Below, in pieces: positions 26,877 through 41,980 of a DNA stretch of 64,000 nt. The stretch is from the NCBI RefSeq assembly GCF_009914755.1, contig NC_060935.1; one strand, written 5' to 3'. Numbering within the stretch: the stretch's first letter is position 1; every line of letters starts with the position of its first letter. The DNA comes from the human T2T-CHM13v2.0 reference genome, Homo sapiens. The position numbers and the translations under genes were made by a program. A model generated the notes under the pieces. The model ran no database searches and was not told where the DNA came from. It was given only the letters and a program-made list of their open reading frames with translations.

Positions 26877-27180
26877 CAGCTTCTTAAATTATTCTGGGCC
26901 ACCAGTAATGTGAATCATGTAAATTAAAATATATAATTAAACAAAATCATATAGCGATTAGAGATAATAGTTGTGAAATGCTTGAAAAATCATAGGCATT
27001 TAATAAATAGAAGCCATTCCAATTAGGATTCTTCTTGATTTTTTTTCAAGACCAAAAAAATACTCTTTTAAATATTTATTATAATACTCCATGTTTATTA
27101 GTTCATTTTCATTATTGCTTTATTTTAAACTTGTTCCAAGTTTTCACCGCTATGTTCTTATGCATTTGTGTTTGATTCTT

Positions 27181-27259
27181 TAGTTGCGTTTGAACTATAT
27201 TAATGACAGTTTTTAAATTAATGATAGTTGCGTTTGAACTATATTAATTGTAGTTTTTT
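27181..27259. repeat. 44-bp-period tandem duplication
   Basis: tagttgcgtttgaactatattaat at 27181 and 27225. Confidence 0.85.
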
Positions 27260-27317
27260 CTTATTCACCCCCTCTTATATTTGTCATTCTATCCTCCAAT
27301 TATCAGCCTACTCAATA

Positions 27318-30300
27318 TTTGTATTTTATTTTATTTTAGTTCCGTGGTACATGTGCAAGATGTGCAGGTTTGTTACATAGGTAAACATGTGCCACGGTGT
27401 ATTGCTGCACAGATTAACCCATCACCTGGATATTAAGCCCAACATGCATTAGCTATTTTTCCTGATGCTCTCCCTCCCCATCCTCCTGCCACAGGCCCCG
27501 TTGTGTGTTGTTCCCCTCCCTGTATCCACATGGTCTCATTGTTCAGCTCCCACTTATAGATGAGAAATGTGTTTGATTTCCTGTTCCTGAGTTAGTTTGC
27601 TAAGATAATGGCTTCCAGGTTCATCCATGTCCCTGCAAAGGACATGATTTTTTTCCTTTCTATGGCTGCATAGTATTCCATGGTGTGTATGTACTAAATT
27701 TTTTTAATCCAGTATATCACTGATGGACATTTGGGTTGATTCCATGTCTTTGCTATTGTGAATAGTGCTCCAATAAACATATGTGTATATGTATCTTTAT
27801 AACAGAATAATTTATATTTCTTTGGGTATATACCCAGTAATGGGATTGCTGGGTCAAATGATATTTCTCGTTCTAAATCTTTGAGGAATCATCACACTGA
27901 CTTCCACAATGGTTGAACTAATTTACATTCCCACCAATAGTGTAAAAGTGTTCCTATTTCTCTGCTACCTTACTAGCATCTGTTGTTTCTTGACTTTTTA
28001 ATAATTGCCTTTCTGACTGGTGTGAGATGGTATCTCATTGTGGTTTTGATTTGCATTTCTCTGATGATCAGTGATTTTGAGCTTTTTTTTCAGATGTTTG
28101 TTGGCCACATGTATGTCTTCTCTTGAGAAGTATCTGATCATGCTCTTTGCCCACTTTTTAATAGGGTTCTTTGTTTTTTTTTTCTGTGAATTTGCTTGTT
28201 TCTTTTAGATTCTGGATATCAGACCTTTGTCAGATGAACAGATTGTAAAAATTTTCTCCCATTCTGTAGGTTGTCTATTTACTCTGATGATAGTTTCTTT
28301 GGCTGTGCAGAAACACTTTAGTTTAATTGAATCCCATTTGTAAATTTTTGCTTTTGTTGCAATTGCTTTTGGCGATTTCTTTATAAAATGTTTGTCCATG
28401 CGTATGTCCTGAAAGGTATTGCCTAGATTTTCTTCTAGGGTTTTCACAGTTTTGGATTTTCCACTTAAATCTTTACTCCATCTTGAGTAAATTTTTGTAT
28501 AAAGTGTAAGGAAAGAGTCCAGTTTCAATTTTTACATATGGCTAACCAGTTCTTTCAGCACCATTTATTAAGTAGGGAATCCTTTCCCCATTGCTTCTTT
28601 TTGTCAGATTTGTTGAAGATCAGATGGTTGTAGATGTGCAGCTTTATTTCTGAGTTCTGTATTCTGTTCCATTGGTCTGTGTGCCAATTTTTGTACCAAC
28701 ACCATGCTGTTTTGGTTACAGTAGCCTTGTAGTATAGTTTGAAGTTGGATGCCTCCAGCTTTGTTCTTTTTGCTTAGTATTGTTCTGGCTTTACAAGCTC
28801 ATTTGGTTAAATATGAATTTTAAAATAGTTTTTTTTTTTCCAATTCTGTGAAGAATGTCAATGGTAGTTTAATGGGAATAGTATTGAATCTATAAATTGC
28901 TTTGGGTAGTATGGCCATTTTCATGATACTGACTCTTCCTATCCATGAGCATGGAAATGGAATGTTTTTCCATCAGTTTGCGTCCTTTCTGATTTCCTTG
29001 AGCAGTGGTTTGTAGGTCTCCTTGAAGAGGTCCTTCACTTCCCTTGTTAACTGTATTCCTAGGTATTTTATTATCTTAGGGGAAATTGTGACTGGGAGTT
29101 CATTCATGATTTGGCTCTCTGCTTGTCTGTTGTGGTGTATAGGAATTCTTGTGATTTCTGCACATTGATTTTGTATCCTGAGACTTCGCTAAAGTTGCTT
29201 ATCAACTTAAGAAGTTTTTGGGCTGAGTCAATGGGCTTTTCTAGTCATAGAAAAGTTTGCATGTTGTCTGCAAACAAGGGCAATTTGACTTTCTGTCTTC
29301 TTACTTGAATACCCCTTATTTCTTTCTCTTGCCTGAGTGGCCTAGTCAGAGATTCCAATAATATATTGAATAAGAGTGGTGAGAGAGGGCATCCTTGTGT
29401 TGTGCCAGTTTTCAAGGGGAATGCTTCCAGCTTTTGCCCATTCGGTATGATATTAGCTTTGGGTTTGTCATAAATGACTCTTATTTTGAGATATGTTGCT
29501 TCAATATCCAGTTTATTGAGAATTTTTAACATGAAGGGATGTTGAATTTTATAGAAGGCCTTTTCTGCATCTATTGAGATAATCATGTGGTTTTTGTCTT
29601 TAGTTCTGTTTATGTGAGAAATTATATTTGTTGATTCGTGTATGTTGAAACAGCTGTGCATCCTGGGGATGAACCCAACTTGATCATGGTTGATAAGCTT
29701 TTTGGTGTGCTGCTGGATTCAGTTTGCCTTTATTTTATGGAGGATTTTCACACTGATGTTTATTAGGGATATTGGCCTGAGGTTGTCTTTTTTTGTTGTT
29801 ATATCTCTGCCAAGTATTGGTATAAAGATGATGCTGGCCTCATAAAATGAGTTAGGGAGGAGACTCTCCTTTTTAATTGTTTGGAATAATTTCAGAAGAA
29901 ATGGTACCATCTCCTCTTTGTACCTCTGGTAGACTTCAGTTGTAAATACATCTGGTCCTGGGCTTTTTTTGGTTGGTAGGCTATTTATTACTGTCTCAAT
30001 TTCAGAACTTATTACTAGTCTATTCAGGGATTCAACTTCTTCCTGGATCAGTCTTTGGAGGGTGTATGTGTCCAGGAATTTATCCATTTATTCTAGATTT
30101 TCTAGTTTATTTTCATGTTTATGGTATTCTCTTATAGTTGCTTGTATTTCTGTGGAGTCAGTAATGATATCTCCCTGATCATTTCTGATTGTGTTTATTT
30201 GAATCTTCTCTCTTTTCTTCTTTATTCATCTAGCTAACAATCTATCTTTTTTCTTTATTGTTTTTCAGAAAACTGCTCCTGGATTCGTGGATTTTTTTGA

Positions 30301-31942
30301 AGGATTTTTTGTACCTCTCTCTCTCCTTCAGTTCCACTCTGAGCTTGGTTATTTCTTGCTCTTAGCTAGCTCTGTTGTGTGTTTGTTCTTGGTTCTCTAG
30401 TTCTTTTAGTTGTGATGTTAGGATGTTGATTTGAGGCCTTTCTAGCTATTTAATGTGGGCATTTCATGCTATAAATTTCCCTCTTAACTATGCTCTAGCT
30501 GCATTCCAGAGATTCAGGTATATTGTCTCTTTGTTCTCATTGGTTTCAAAGAATTTTTTGATTTCTGCCTTAGTTTTATTATTTACCTGGAAGTCATTCA
30601 GGAGCAGATTGTTCAACTTCCATGTGGTTGTGTGGTTTTGAGTGAATTTCTTAATCTTTATTTCTAATTTGATTGCACTGTAGTCTGAGAGACTGTTTGT
30701 TATGATTTTAGTTTTTTGCATTTGCTGAGTGTTTTATTTCCAATTATGTGACCAATTTTAGAATATGTTCCATGTGACACCAAGAAAAATGTATATTCTC
30801 TTGTTTTTGGGTGGAATGTTCTGTAGTTATCTATCAGGTCTACTTGATTCAGGGCTGAGTTCATGTCCTGAATATCTGTTAATTTTCTCTCTCAATGATC
30901 TGTCTAATATTGACAGTGGGGTATTAAAGTCTCCTACAATTATTGTATGGGGGTTTAAGTCTCCTTGTAGGTCTTTAAGAACTTGTTTTATGAAGTTGGG
31001 TGCTCCTGGACTGGGTGCATATGTATTTAGGATAGTTAGCTCTTCTTATTGAATTAAATCCTTCCCCATTATGTAATGCCATTCTTTGTCTTTTTTTTAA
31101 CTTTGTTGGTTTAAAGTATTTTGTCAGAAACTAGGATTGTAACCCCTCCTTTTTTTCTGCTTTCTATTTGCTTGGTAAATTTTCCTCCATCCCTTTATTT
31201 TGAGCCTATGTGTGTCTTTGCACATGAGATGTGTCTCTTGAATACAGCACACCAATGGGTCTTTTCTCTGTATCCACCTTGCCATTCTGTGTCTTTTAAA
31301 TGGGACATTTAGCCCATTTATATTTAAGATTAATATTATTATGTGTGAATTTGATCTTGTCATCATGATGCTGGCTGGTTAATTTTGCAGACTTGTTAAT
31401 GTAGTTGCTTCATAGTGTCATTGGTCTGTGTACTTCAGTGTGTTTTTGTAGTGACTGGTAATGGTTTTTCCTTTCCATGTTTAGTGCTTCCTTCAGGAGC
31501 AATTGCAAGGCAGGCCTGGTGGTGACAAAAATCCCTCATCATTTGCTTGTCTGAAAAGAATTGTATTTCTCCTTCACTTATGAAACTTAGTTTGGCCAGA
31601 TATAAAATTCTGGGTTGGAAATTATTTTCTTTAAGAATGTTGAATATTGGCCTCCCATCTCTTCTGGCTTGTAGGGTTTCCTCTGAGAAGTTTGCTTTCA
31701 GTCTGATGGGCTTCCCCATTGTAGGTGACCTGGCATTTCTCTCAGGCTGCCCTTAACATTTTTTCCTTCATTTCAACCTTGGAGAATCTGACGGTTATGT
31801 GTCTTGGGATAGATCTTTTCATGGAGTATCTTAATGGGGTTCTCTGGATTCTCTGGATTTGAATGTTGGTCTGTCTTGCTAGATTAGGGAAGTTCTCTTG
31901 GATGATATCCTGAAGTGTGTTTTCCATCTTGGCCCCTCCTCA
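27318..31942 (-). mobile_element. ~4.6-kb 5'-truncated L1PA (ORF1 C-terminal part, ORF2, 3' UTR), inactivated
   Basis: Minus-strand peptides for ORF1 (QENFPNLARQ, KLSFISEGEI), endonuclease (LNINGLN..CCIQETHL) and RT ([25 protein letters not shown]); TSD cctactcaata at 27307-27317 and 31943-31953. Confidence 0.95.
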
Positions 31943-32201
31943 CCTACTCAATAGTTTAAAAAATTGTTTTTATGTTCAGCTAATAAAGTGAGAAAAATAT
32001 TGAACCTGATAATTTTCCTAGTATCCTAATTGGTTAAGTTGCCCCTAATATTAAAAAGCAATCTACTCTATGAAAGTTCACATAAATACATGTGCATACA
32101 TATGCACACACATACACACACACACATCTGATTTCTATTTAGAAATTGCTTCTACATTTTTGGGTTCTCTCACACTAGAACATGTATATATTTTTCATAG
32201 C

Positions 32202-32286
32202 TACTACAAATAATAACGTACTAATAACGTACTAATAATGTACTACAAATAATAACGTACTAATAACGTACTAATAATGTACAAAT
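32202..32286. repeat. Perfect 2x39-bp tandem repeat built from 11-bp TAATAACGTAC subunits
   Basis: tactacaaataataacgtactaataacgtactaataatg occurs twice (32202-32240, 32241-32279). Confidence 0.9.
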
Positions 32287-33429
32287 GGAATTTAGAGCTC
32301 TTTACAAATAATATACATACTATATCACCTAAAATATGTACATATAAATTATGTAAATTTTAATTATTACCAGTGGAATTAATTGTTAACAGTCCAGTTT
32401 TTCCTTGTAGAGCCTTACATAGGTGAGACAATAACATCTATGACAATTTTTTCTCTGAAAGTGAGAAAAGCCAAATATATGAATTGCTACACTTTGGAAA
32501 GAGTGCTGGGGCCTTACTTTCCTCAGACCTATTTTTAGCTGTTTTAATGAAATCTAGTTTTTAATAAATCACTGGGGAGTCTATCCTCCAAAGGCCCTAA
32601 GCCAAATATAAACACAACAGTGTGGAAATTAAGAGAAAAGAGCCAGGGTTTCCTCTCAACACCGAGTAGGTATCTTGTTTATGTGTTCTAACAAAGGGTT
32701 TATAAATACCTTCTCCTGTTTTTCAAAAAAGAGCAACTTTCAGTACCTACTGTAAGTATAATATGAGAAAGAAGCATTTGCCTCAAATCCATTTCAATCA
32801 CTGAGATAAGTGAAATAGAATTACAATATTCCCAACATCAACTGGCTTTTGTGAGATAATTTGTGGGTTTATTTTATATTTTCCTCAAGTAGTTGTATTT
32901 AAAGCTTCATGTCTTTGAGTGATATAAGTTGCAGAAGAGAATTTATTTGAAGAAATTCTTTGAAATATAAGGCAAGTTATTATAAACTGTTGAATTTTGA
33001 AAAATCTGAGAAAAGGAACAGCAATTTATTTGGCCTTATTTCAAGCAATAATTTTGAGAGTCAAACATTATTTTATTGTAACTGATTTTATAGCAAAACA
33101 AAAATACAATGTGAAAAGTAGTCCAGGTCAAAATGATCATTTATTAAATAAAAATCAAAGAAACAAATATGAAATTAGTGAAATAAGAAGAAACTCATAG
33201 TCAAAGTCACAAGTTTGGTTTGTTTGAAAAGAAAGTCAATCAAGGCAAAGCTGGCTAAACAATGTTAAACCAAAGAAGGCAAAGAACAAAAACGTTAATT
33301 TAGTCAAAAAGTAATTTGTCAAGTATGTGGACAGACACCTCTATTTTCTCAGTCTATTTTCTTCATTTTACTTTGAATAGGCAACAGACGTTCAGAGAGC
33401 TCCTATGGCATGCCAGACAGTTTTACATA

Positions 33430-33630
33430 TTTTCTTTCTTTTATTAGTACAAATTTAAGGAGTTCAAGTGCAGCTTTGTTCCATGGATACATGGTATCAT
33501 GGTGAAGTCTGGGCTTGTATTGTAACCATTACCCAAATAATGTACATTTTACCCATTAATTGATTTCTCATCCCTCATTTCCCTCTCTCCTCCCCCGCTT
33601 CTGAGTCTCCAATGTCTATTATTCTATGTC
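33430..33630 (-). mobile_element. L1PB/L1MA-type 3' end fragment
   Basis: caagtgcag..ttgtt.catggata..ggtgaagtctgggctt..gagtctccaatgtctattatt. Confidence 0.65.
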
Positions 33631-35160
33631 TACAAGTTTTCACTTATTTTCTTATTTAATTCTCACAATTAGATCTAAGGGAAGATTTATAGATGAATCC
33701 AATAGTTTGGCATGAAATTACAAGTTTCTCTGGTAAAAAGTGACTAGTCATTCTTTTTAACTTTTTGCAATTTCAGTAACATGGACATAATCAAAGCTGT
33801 CTTGGAGCCTGTTTGCAGTATTTGAATTGTTATTAAATAGCTTACTTTACCTCACACTCGTAGTACAAGGTAGAAATCGAAGCCCATGTCTTTATCACTG
33901 TTTATTCAATATTAGTGAAACATTATTCCCAAATAATTTTGGATTGTGGATTGTGAATTATCATCCTCATAAATGTTCTGTGAATATAGATGCCATTGTC
34001 AAATTAATATAAAAAAGTTTCTGTTTCTTTTTGAAAACTATCAACCACAGTAGTATAAGTACTCCTAAAACTTGTACAGTAAAGACAATTTTCCTTAAAC
34101 ATATGTAACCCAGTGTTTTCCAAATATATTAGATACTTGAAACTTACTTTTCATGTACTTTGGGTTAAATGATAAAACCTAAAATACATTAATAAACTTT
34201 TTCTAAATAAAAAGATCCATATGTGATTTAATGTGCAGAATACACATGCTCTGTCCCTGAAATATAATCTGAGACTTTGACTACAGAGATTAAAACATTT
34301 CAAAAAGCTTTCATGACTCAATTAATAATGAAAATAAATTATGAAAATGTCAGGTATAGACAAATCCAAGCTGTTGGATAATAAATACTGTAGGAAGTCA
34401 GAGGGTGGAATGATGAATATCACTTGGAGTTGGAGAAGATGACTTCCTGGTGTAAATGTGTTTTTAAAAATAAACAATTCTAGTATGATAGAAAATGTTT
34501 GATTTTTTAAATTCTATATTCCAGACACCCCCTGATTCTCACTTTGTTCATAGATAAACTATATGTTTTAATAGATGAGATTATATGTATGTATATGTAT
34601 TCAAATATCCACATATATAAAAACATACACATATATACATTCTTTTGTGTTATTGTTTAATGTATGTGTCGTGTGTACTAGCTGTCTAAATATCATAGAA
34701 AGTAATTTTGCCAGATGTATAAAAAATCTACCTAGTAAATATTGAGGATGTTTGGGTTTTTGTTGTTGTTCTTTGCTAAATAATTTTATTCATTAATGGA
34801 TGAGGTCCTTGCCTTGTATTATGGAGTCTGGAATATATTGTTACCCAGAATCCATCTCCTAAACTCTCTCTGTTAAACAAATATTCCTATTAGAGCTCTG
34901 CAGGGAAACTCTAATTTCTCCACAGGTTCTTATGTGGTGTGTAATGTTCATTTATATTCCTTAGTGAGATCCAACAAAGGTCTGTATCAGGCTAACTTTT
35001 GCATGCAAAATTCAAGTTTACCATGGATAATTATTATTTATAATTGAAACCATGTATTTTCTAAAGAAGTTAATAGCTGCAATTTATTTATTCAAGCTGT
35101 ACTCTGTGGTTATTTTTCCTATTGTTCCCTGCAGATCCCCCCCGTAGGGCAGCCATATAA

Positions 35161-36099
35161 ATGGCTGACAGAAATGTCACTGTGATAACTGAATTCATCC
35201 TCCTGGGGTTGACTGATAACCCTGAAATGAATGTTGTCCTTTCTGTGCTCTTTCTATTAATCTATCTCATTACTGTCTTGGGCAACTTTTGGATTATCAT
35301 AATAATTCTGGCTAGTGCCCAACTCCATTCACCCATGTACTTTTTCCTTAGCCAGTTGGCTTTCTTAGATTTCTGCTATTCTTCAGTCTTGATTCCTAAA
35401 ATGTTGGTGAATTACATAGCAGGACAGAAAGTCATCTCTTATCACGGTTGCCTCCTTCAGTATTCCTTTGTCAGCTTGTTCCTGACTACTGAATGCTTCC
35501 TCCTGGCTGCCATGGCATGTGATCGGTATCTCGCTGTTTGCCACCCACTTCACTACAAAGGTCTCATGACTCCTACTTTCTGAATCTATTTGGTGACTGT
35601 TTCTTACCTGCTGGGCTCTGTAAACTCCCTCACCCACCTGAGTAGCTTACTCAGTTTGTCTTTCTGTGGGTCCAATGTTATCAACCGTTATTTCTGTGAC
35701 ATTCCATTGCTCTTCCAACTCTCCTGTTCCAACACCCAACACAGTAAGATTTTATTTACTGTCCTTTCTGGAGCAACATCAGTGACTACCTTTTTGATAG
35801 TGGTTAGTTCCTATCTGGTAATCCTACTCACTGTCCTGAAGATACATTCCACCAGGGGCAGAAATAAAGCCATATCCACATGTGCCTCCCACCTAATGGT
35901 AGTGACTCTCTTCTACAGAACAGTGATATTTACTTATCTGGGAGCCAACCCTGGATACTCACAGGATAGACCCAAAATTCTGCCTGTGGAGTGCACACTT
36001 TTGTTGTCAATACTAAATCTTCTAATATATAGCGTGAGAAACAGAGAAGTCAAAGAAGCCATAAAAATAATTATTAAGAGAAAAATACTTCCTCAGTGA
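35161..36099 (+). pseudogene. OR5BE1P: OR5-family pseudogene with in-frame stop TGA 35581-35583 (codon 141) and eroded motifs
   Basis: MADRNVT, LHSPMYFFL, MACDRY, KAISTCASHL, ILNLLIYSVRN; both halves are in the same frame; strong acceptor tattgttccctgcAG at 35133-35134. Symbol from remembered gene order. Confidence 0.75.
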
Positions 36100-36289
36100 A
36101 CATGAATTTTCAGCCAGAAACATTTAAGACTATTATCAGTGCTGCGGTAAGTACATTGTTAAATATATGTGGGACTTTTGGGGTGGAGGCAGAAAGCTAT
36201 TTTCAAAGCAGTGTATGTGCAAAAATGCATTTGTTATTAGCCTTCAGAAACATACATGCACACATGTGAACACATACACATACACACAC

Positions 36290-36763
36290 ATATATCTGGG
36301 AAACATTTCTTTTACACTTTTAGGTTTATTAGTTAGAAGGCCCATTAATTAAAGTGACAAAGGAATGATTAACAATAGAAGAGACAAAGTTTACTCATAC
36401 ACATATAGGGGCACACAAAAGAACTGGCTCAATAATTAGAGACCAGGGTTTATATACCTAATTTGCCACATGAAAGCAAAGGATGAGAAAGCCTTCTATG
36501 GGAAGAACAAATGAACTTTTAGCAGAACAAATAGGAGACAAAGTTTCCGATAGTGTTCGTTTTATGCAGATTCCTGTGTTCCCTTTCTTCTTCCAGGCAG
36601 AAAATCCTCCCGCTAGAGGCAATTTATGGAGGTTTCAGTCTCAGAAGTCTCTGTCTTTAGTATAAGAAAAGCACTGATAAAGCTTCTTTCTGCATTTGTT
36701 GAATCTGAAATGTCTTCAGATAAAAATATTTTTATGCCACTTTGGTATAATTTGAATCCTTTC
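36290..36763 (-). mobile_element. Degraded ERV1 LTR (MER34/MER4-group-like)
   Basis: Ends ...ttgaatcctttca (reverse complement TGAAAGGATTCAA); internal aaatgtcttcag..aaaatatttttatgcca words. Confidence 0.5.
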
Positions 36764-36913
36764 AAATCCCAAATTGTGATTCTGAAAATCTAACTTCCTA
36801 TGCAATAAACTGTCACCCATTTTCTGTGGATTGGTTAACTATAAAATACAATCTTCAGTTTCGTAAAAAATATAGAAGAACCAGTAGCTGCACAGTCACA
36901 GAGACATGTAGCA

Positions 36914-36957
36914 GACACACAGGCACACACACACACTCTCACACACACACACACACA
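36914..36957. repeat. Interrupted (CA)n microsatellite
   Basis: Read directly. Confidence 0.85.
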
Positions 36958-39900
36958 TCTCTCAAGGAATATTGGTTAAAGGAAGTGTACTGACTTCTCC
37001 TTCTTCTTAGTGACGTCCAAGAGCTGAGCCATTTTGCAGATTTTGAGATTCTTCTGAAACAAGAACTTGAAACCAAGCATCAATGGGAAAAAAACTCACC
37101 CACGATCAGACCACATGAATATTTGAGAGCCAGAATTCAAATATGCCTATACTTATATACTTGTACACAGACCTCCTCCTCATTTACATTAATAAAAGGC
37201 CTTTAAATTTCCTGCCTGTATTTTATGTGCCATCTTTTTCTAGAATTGTGAAAATTTGCATATTTTATTTTAAAAAGTAATTCTGCAGTCACAGATGGTT
37301 TCTCTTTAGGGTGACTCCAATTCTGCCAGTTAACAGAAAAACCAAAACAACAATGTAAAGCTATTCTGTTATATTAGAGAATATCGTAATTCACCAAAAA
37401 TCAGCCTTCAGGGAACTTCCGTAAAAGAGTACAACCATTTGAAAATGCTAAAAGTTACACGTTTAACAAAATGGCTCTTTGAATCCCACATGGCCTATGT
37501 TCATCTATCATTCCAGATGGTGTTTATGGTTCTGATCACTTGGCCATCCATCAAATCTCAGTCCAGCAGCACTGTTATTCTCATAATTGTTAAGAATGTA
37601 AGCATGCTGTTTGTTAAATGATATTATTGCAATATGTAGTGAATAATAGTTTTGGTTTTAAAGGCATGTTTATATCTATCAAACAGAGTTCATAGCAATA
37701 AATCTTATCTGTTAAAATCTATAAAAGTCTATGAATTTGTTTATGACTGCTTGACAATGAAAGTTATGGAAATTTATAATTAAATGTGTTAAAGCATTTT
37801 TTACTTCATTGTTTCTATACAGCTCATAATTGCTTTCAGAAGAATCTCATTGTCAAGTATTTTGATAACAGCATATGCATTTGCCAAAAAATAAGTAATT
37901 ACCTTCATTATTATAACCAAGTTTTCGAAAGCAAAAATATTGCCTAATAAGGGAGTCCCTAGGACATAAAAAGCAGCTTTCTGAAAGATATCTCATAATC
38001 ACATACCAAAATTTAAATCGACATTAAGTCTACCAAAGTATTTCTCTCTCGGTCTTATATACTTGAGGCTTTTACATTTAACAATGTAATTTACAACATA
38101 ATAATAAAGTGCTCCACTTTTTGAATTATTTTCATCTTCATAGATTGCAAATAATGGCATGTTTTTGGTAAAACATATATAAACATTTCTGTTTTGATAT
38201 TTTGACTAATTATTTTCCAAAAATTTGTATAGAATCTAATTACTTCAGCAATTCAATTATTGTATTTATTTAAAAGTTTAGTTATTATAACTAAACAGAA
38301 ATAATGAATATATTGTATAATAAAATCTTCAAAAAAGGAAAAGAGATAAAACCAACAATGTGAAAATTAATGAAAATATAATAATTGATCATGATCTTCT
38401 TTCCACATGTTATATACTAACTTCATGAGAAACGATTTGAGAAAGTAAGGTTTCTCTGTGTTTTTACTCAGTAATGGATTTGAGATTATGCTCGTTGGAC
38501 CAAAATTGTGAAAAGAGAAGCATATTAAATTAAATAATAGGAGATGAAATTCAAGGGGATAGACTTTCTGAAATACTATAAACTTACACAGAGGGGTATT
38601 ATTTAGAAACACCATTAAAACTACAAGAAACCTAGAAGTCTTTGAATATTTGTTACTCAAACTATCAATTGTTAGGAAAGTTTTCCCAATAGCTTTAGCT
38701 TGTAATATTAAAAGGCAACAAAAATTAATTTATCAGGTCTAGCAAGAGCTTAGATTGTGGATAATTTCTCCAACAATCACTAAATAACCCTATTCAAGCA
38801 AATATGTCTCTATACTTTGCTTTATTTGCTTTTGTACATTGTGATGACCATGTTTCTGACATGAATTTTATGCATTAAAACAGCTTAAAACAGTTTAACT
38901 TTACAGCATGTGAGTGAATGTGGTTTCTTTCTTTAGATCCATAGTCAATCTAAAAATTTGTGTTTAATTTTGGTTTCTAATAAAAGCCTCTGTTATGCAA
39001 TGCTGATTTCATATATCTATATGTCTATATTTTATATAGATATAAGAATCCATGTACATATAAATGAAAAGGAGTGTTTCTATGCTACGATTAAAGTGTT
39101 TATGATCTACTTTAATCCTTAGTAGTCAATCTTGAATTAATATGTGTAACTGTGGATATTGTATATTTAACATGTTCCAAATTGTTTAAGTTCTTTGCAG
39201 GGGAAAGTATTAAGGATAATAAAAACACATCATGTGGAGAATATTGAATTGAAAGGGTTAGAGAACAAATTATAATTTTCTCTTATTGAAAACAGGCCAT
39301 GAAAAGAAGGGATTAAATTTGTTTTATAGGCTTCAAAGGAATCCAATTATTAAAATTTAAAAAGTTTTGAACAAATGCAGTTCAAAGTCAATTGAATGTA
39401 TATTTAATAATAACTACTTATATGCTACGTGAAAACACATTTTAACTCAATATAGACTACCCCAAGATCCAGTGATAAACATCACTTGGAAGATTTAAGC
39501 TAAAGTGAACAATTGGTGATACTTTGTAGGGAGAGGTTTGAATATCAGATGGATGGTTATGTGTGTTGGTTTCTGAAGGCCATCCCAACAATGAGACATT
39601 TTACTGGTGGCTAGCAAATGTACTTTAACTTAGAAATATGAAAAAAATGAAAACGGCCCTTTTTACTGTTTTCATGTGATTTTTTAAAATCAGAAAAATT
39701 AAGAATTAAAGGGAAACTTCTCATCTGTTCTTCTGATGACAAAACCAAGTATTGGACAGAATATATGTTTTTTTCATTAGATCTCATGACTTACTAAGCA
39801 TTCTGAACTTCAGTCCATTTTGCATTTTGCATTTTTCTGTACATACCGTGAAACGGCAATTTGTTCCACAAGCTAACAAACATAACTAAGAAAATCTGCG

Positions 39901-40113
39901 TAGAGATACTCACATTTATTGGACATCTGAGTATTTTACATCTCATTCAAGACAAATAGTTATTTTTCTGAATGCCTTTCAACTTCCTCAATCCCAATGT
40001 TCTAAAACTAGTATCACTACATTCTGTGCACCCATTTTCTATTTTTATATTATTTTGTTTGAATAAAATGTGTGCATTCACTCAGTTACACAAGCCAAAT
40101 ATCTGGCAAGTGA

Positions 40114-40461
<348 letters not shown>

Positions 40462-40989
40462 CCATATCTCTTTTATTTTCTTCAAATACTTATTCCAATA
40501 GGTCTTGGTAATTCTGTATCTCGGAAACCCTCCGGATAAGTTTCTTTTTCTTTATTAATTATCATTGTTGCCATTTCAGCTCAGGCTCCAATGTTCGCTA
40601 ATCTTAACTGTTGAGAGCCTCCTAATGTCTTCCATTGCAGCCTACCTAGTTCTCCTTTAATGTATCTTCAATTTTACCTCAGAGCAAAGTTTTTAGTCAT
40701 AATACTTCTACACATTGTCCTTTTAATAAGAATTCACTGGACTGCTTACATGTCTCTTTAGACATTTCCAAATATAACCATTTTCCATTATAGCATAAAG
40801 TCATTTTTTGAAGTTATAATTACAAAATGTTGAGAATGTAAAAGTATTAAAAATATGTGTGATTTATTATTAAGGGAAAATATAAATACACAAGTAATAA
40901 TCGTAAAATATTGTTCAGATCCTTTTTTTCTAAATGCTGTAGTCTCATAAAAGCAAGAATTCTTAGAGAAGTGGTTAATTTTAGAGTTG

Positions 40990-41980
40990 AGTCCAGGAAA
41001 ATACAAGATGACCTGGAACAGTTTGTGTGGTAGAGTGTAAGGAGTAAAAAACAACAATGATGGAAAGAATTTTAAAAGGTAGGGACATGTTCAAAGAACA
41101 TAGAGTCCAGGAGCCAATTAGATGGTGGTTCCATTAGTTTTAAGCAACAGAGTAAATGATGTCAGCATGGAATATAACACAAAGAGTAAATAATTATGAG
41201 TGCATATTGGTTTAAATAGAAGACTGAATAAGTAAATATATAGGGGAGAAGTAATAACTCTACCTTTATGAATAATTTCAATATATTAAAAGAATAAGGG
41301 AAATAACAAATTTCTACCAAAATACCACAGTAATAATTGCTACAAGCAACAAACATATTGATAAATGGTAAAAAGTAGTAATGAAATATTTACATAGTCT
41401 AAGTTACCTTTTCCCAAATAAATATTTAATAAGTACAAAGAAAGAATTGTAATTCTACAGTAAAAAAGTCTGGCACACACTACTTTAAGTGATCAAATTT
41501 AATATCACTAGCCATATCACCTATCAGCATCATATGCCCTGTGATAAAATGGAGGATTGTTTACAGATTGCCTCTCTGGAACTCTTTTCAATCATGGAAA
41601 ACCTCAACTTAATTAGGAGAAAACATCAGGCAAAGTTCAATTGAAGAATATCCTATAAAATATTTGACGTACTAAAAAAACTATCACAGTCATGAAAGAA
41701 AAGGGAAGACTATAGAACAGGAACAGACTCCAATAGCCTAAGCAGGCAGGACAATAACCACAACATGGCATCCTGGATTGGATCCTGGAAGAGGAAAACA
41801 GGACTTTAGTGGAAAATTTAGTAAAATTATTAAATCTGTAGTTCAGCTAATATTATCTTATCAATATAAATTTCTTAAGTATTAATATTCACACTGTGAT
41901 TAATTTTAACATTAGTAAAGCTAGAAGAAGTGTTTATAAAAAATCTGTTGGTCTAAAGTTATTTAATAAAAAAGTTAAAA
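40990..41980 (+). mobile_element. Ancient L1MC/L1ME 3' region
   Basis: tcctggattggatcctggaa..., tctgtagttcagctaata..., ctaaagttattt..aaaaagttaaaa; boundaries approximate. Confidence 0.55.

Noticed and set aside
28205-31927. RT, endonuclease and ORF1 peptides as an active retroelement
   Set aside because: Fragmented by many stops and frameshifts and lacking the 5' UTR; a dead L1.
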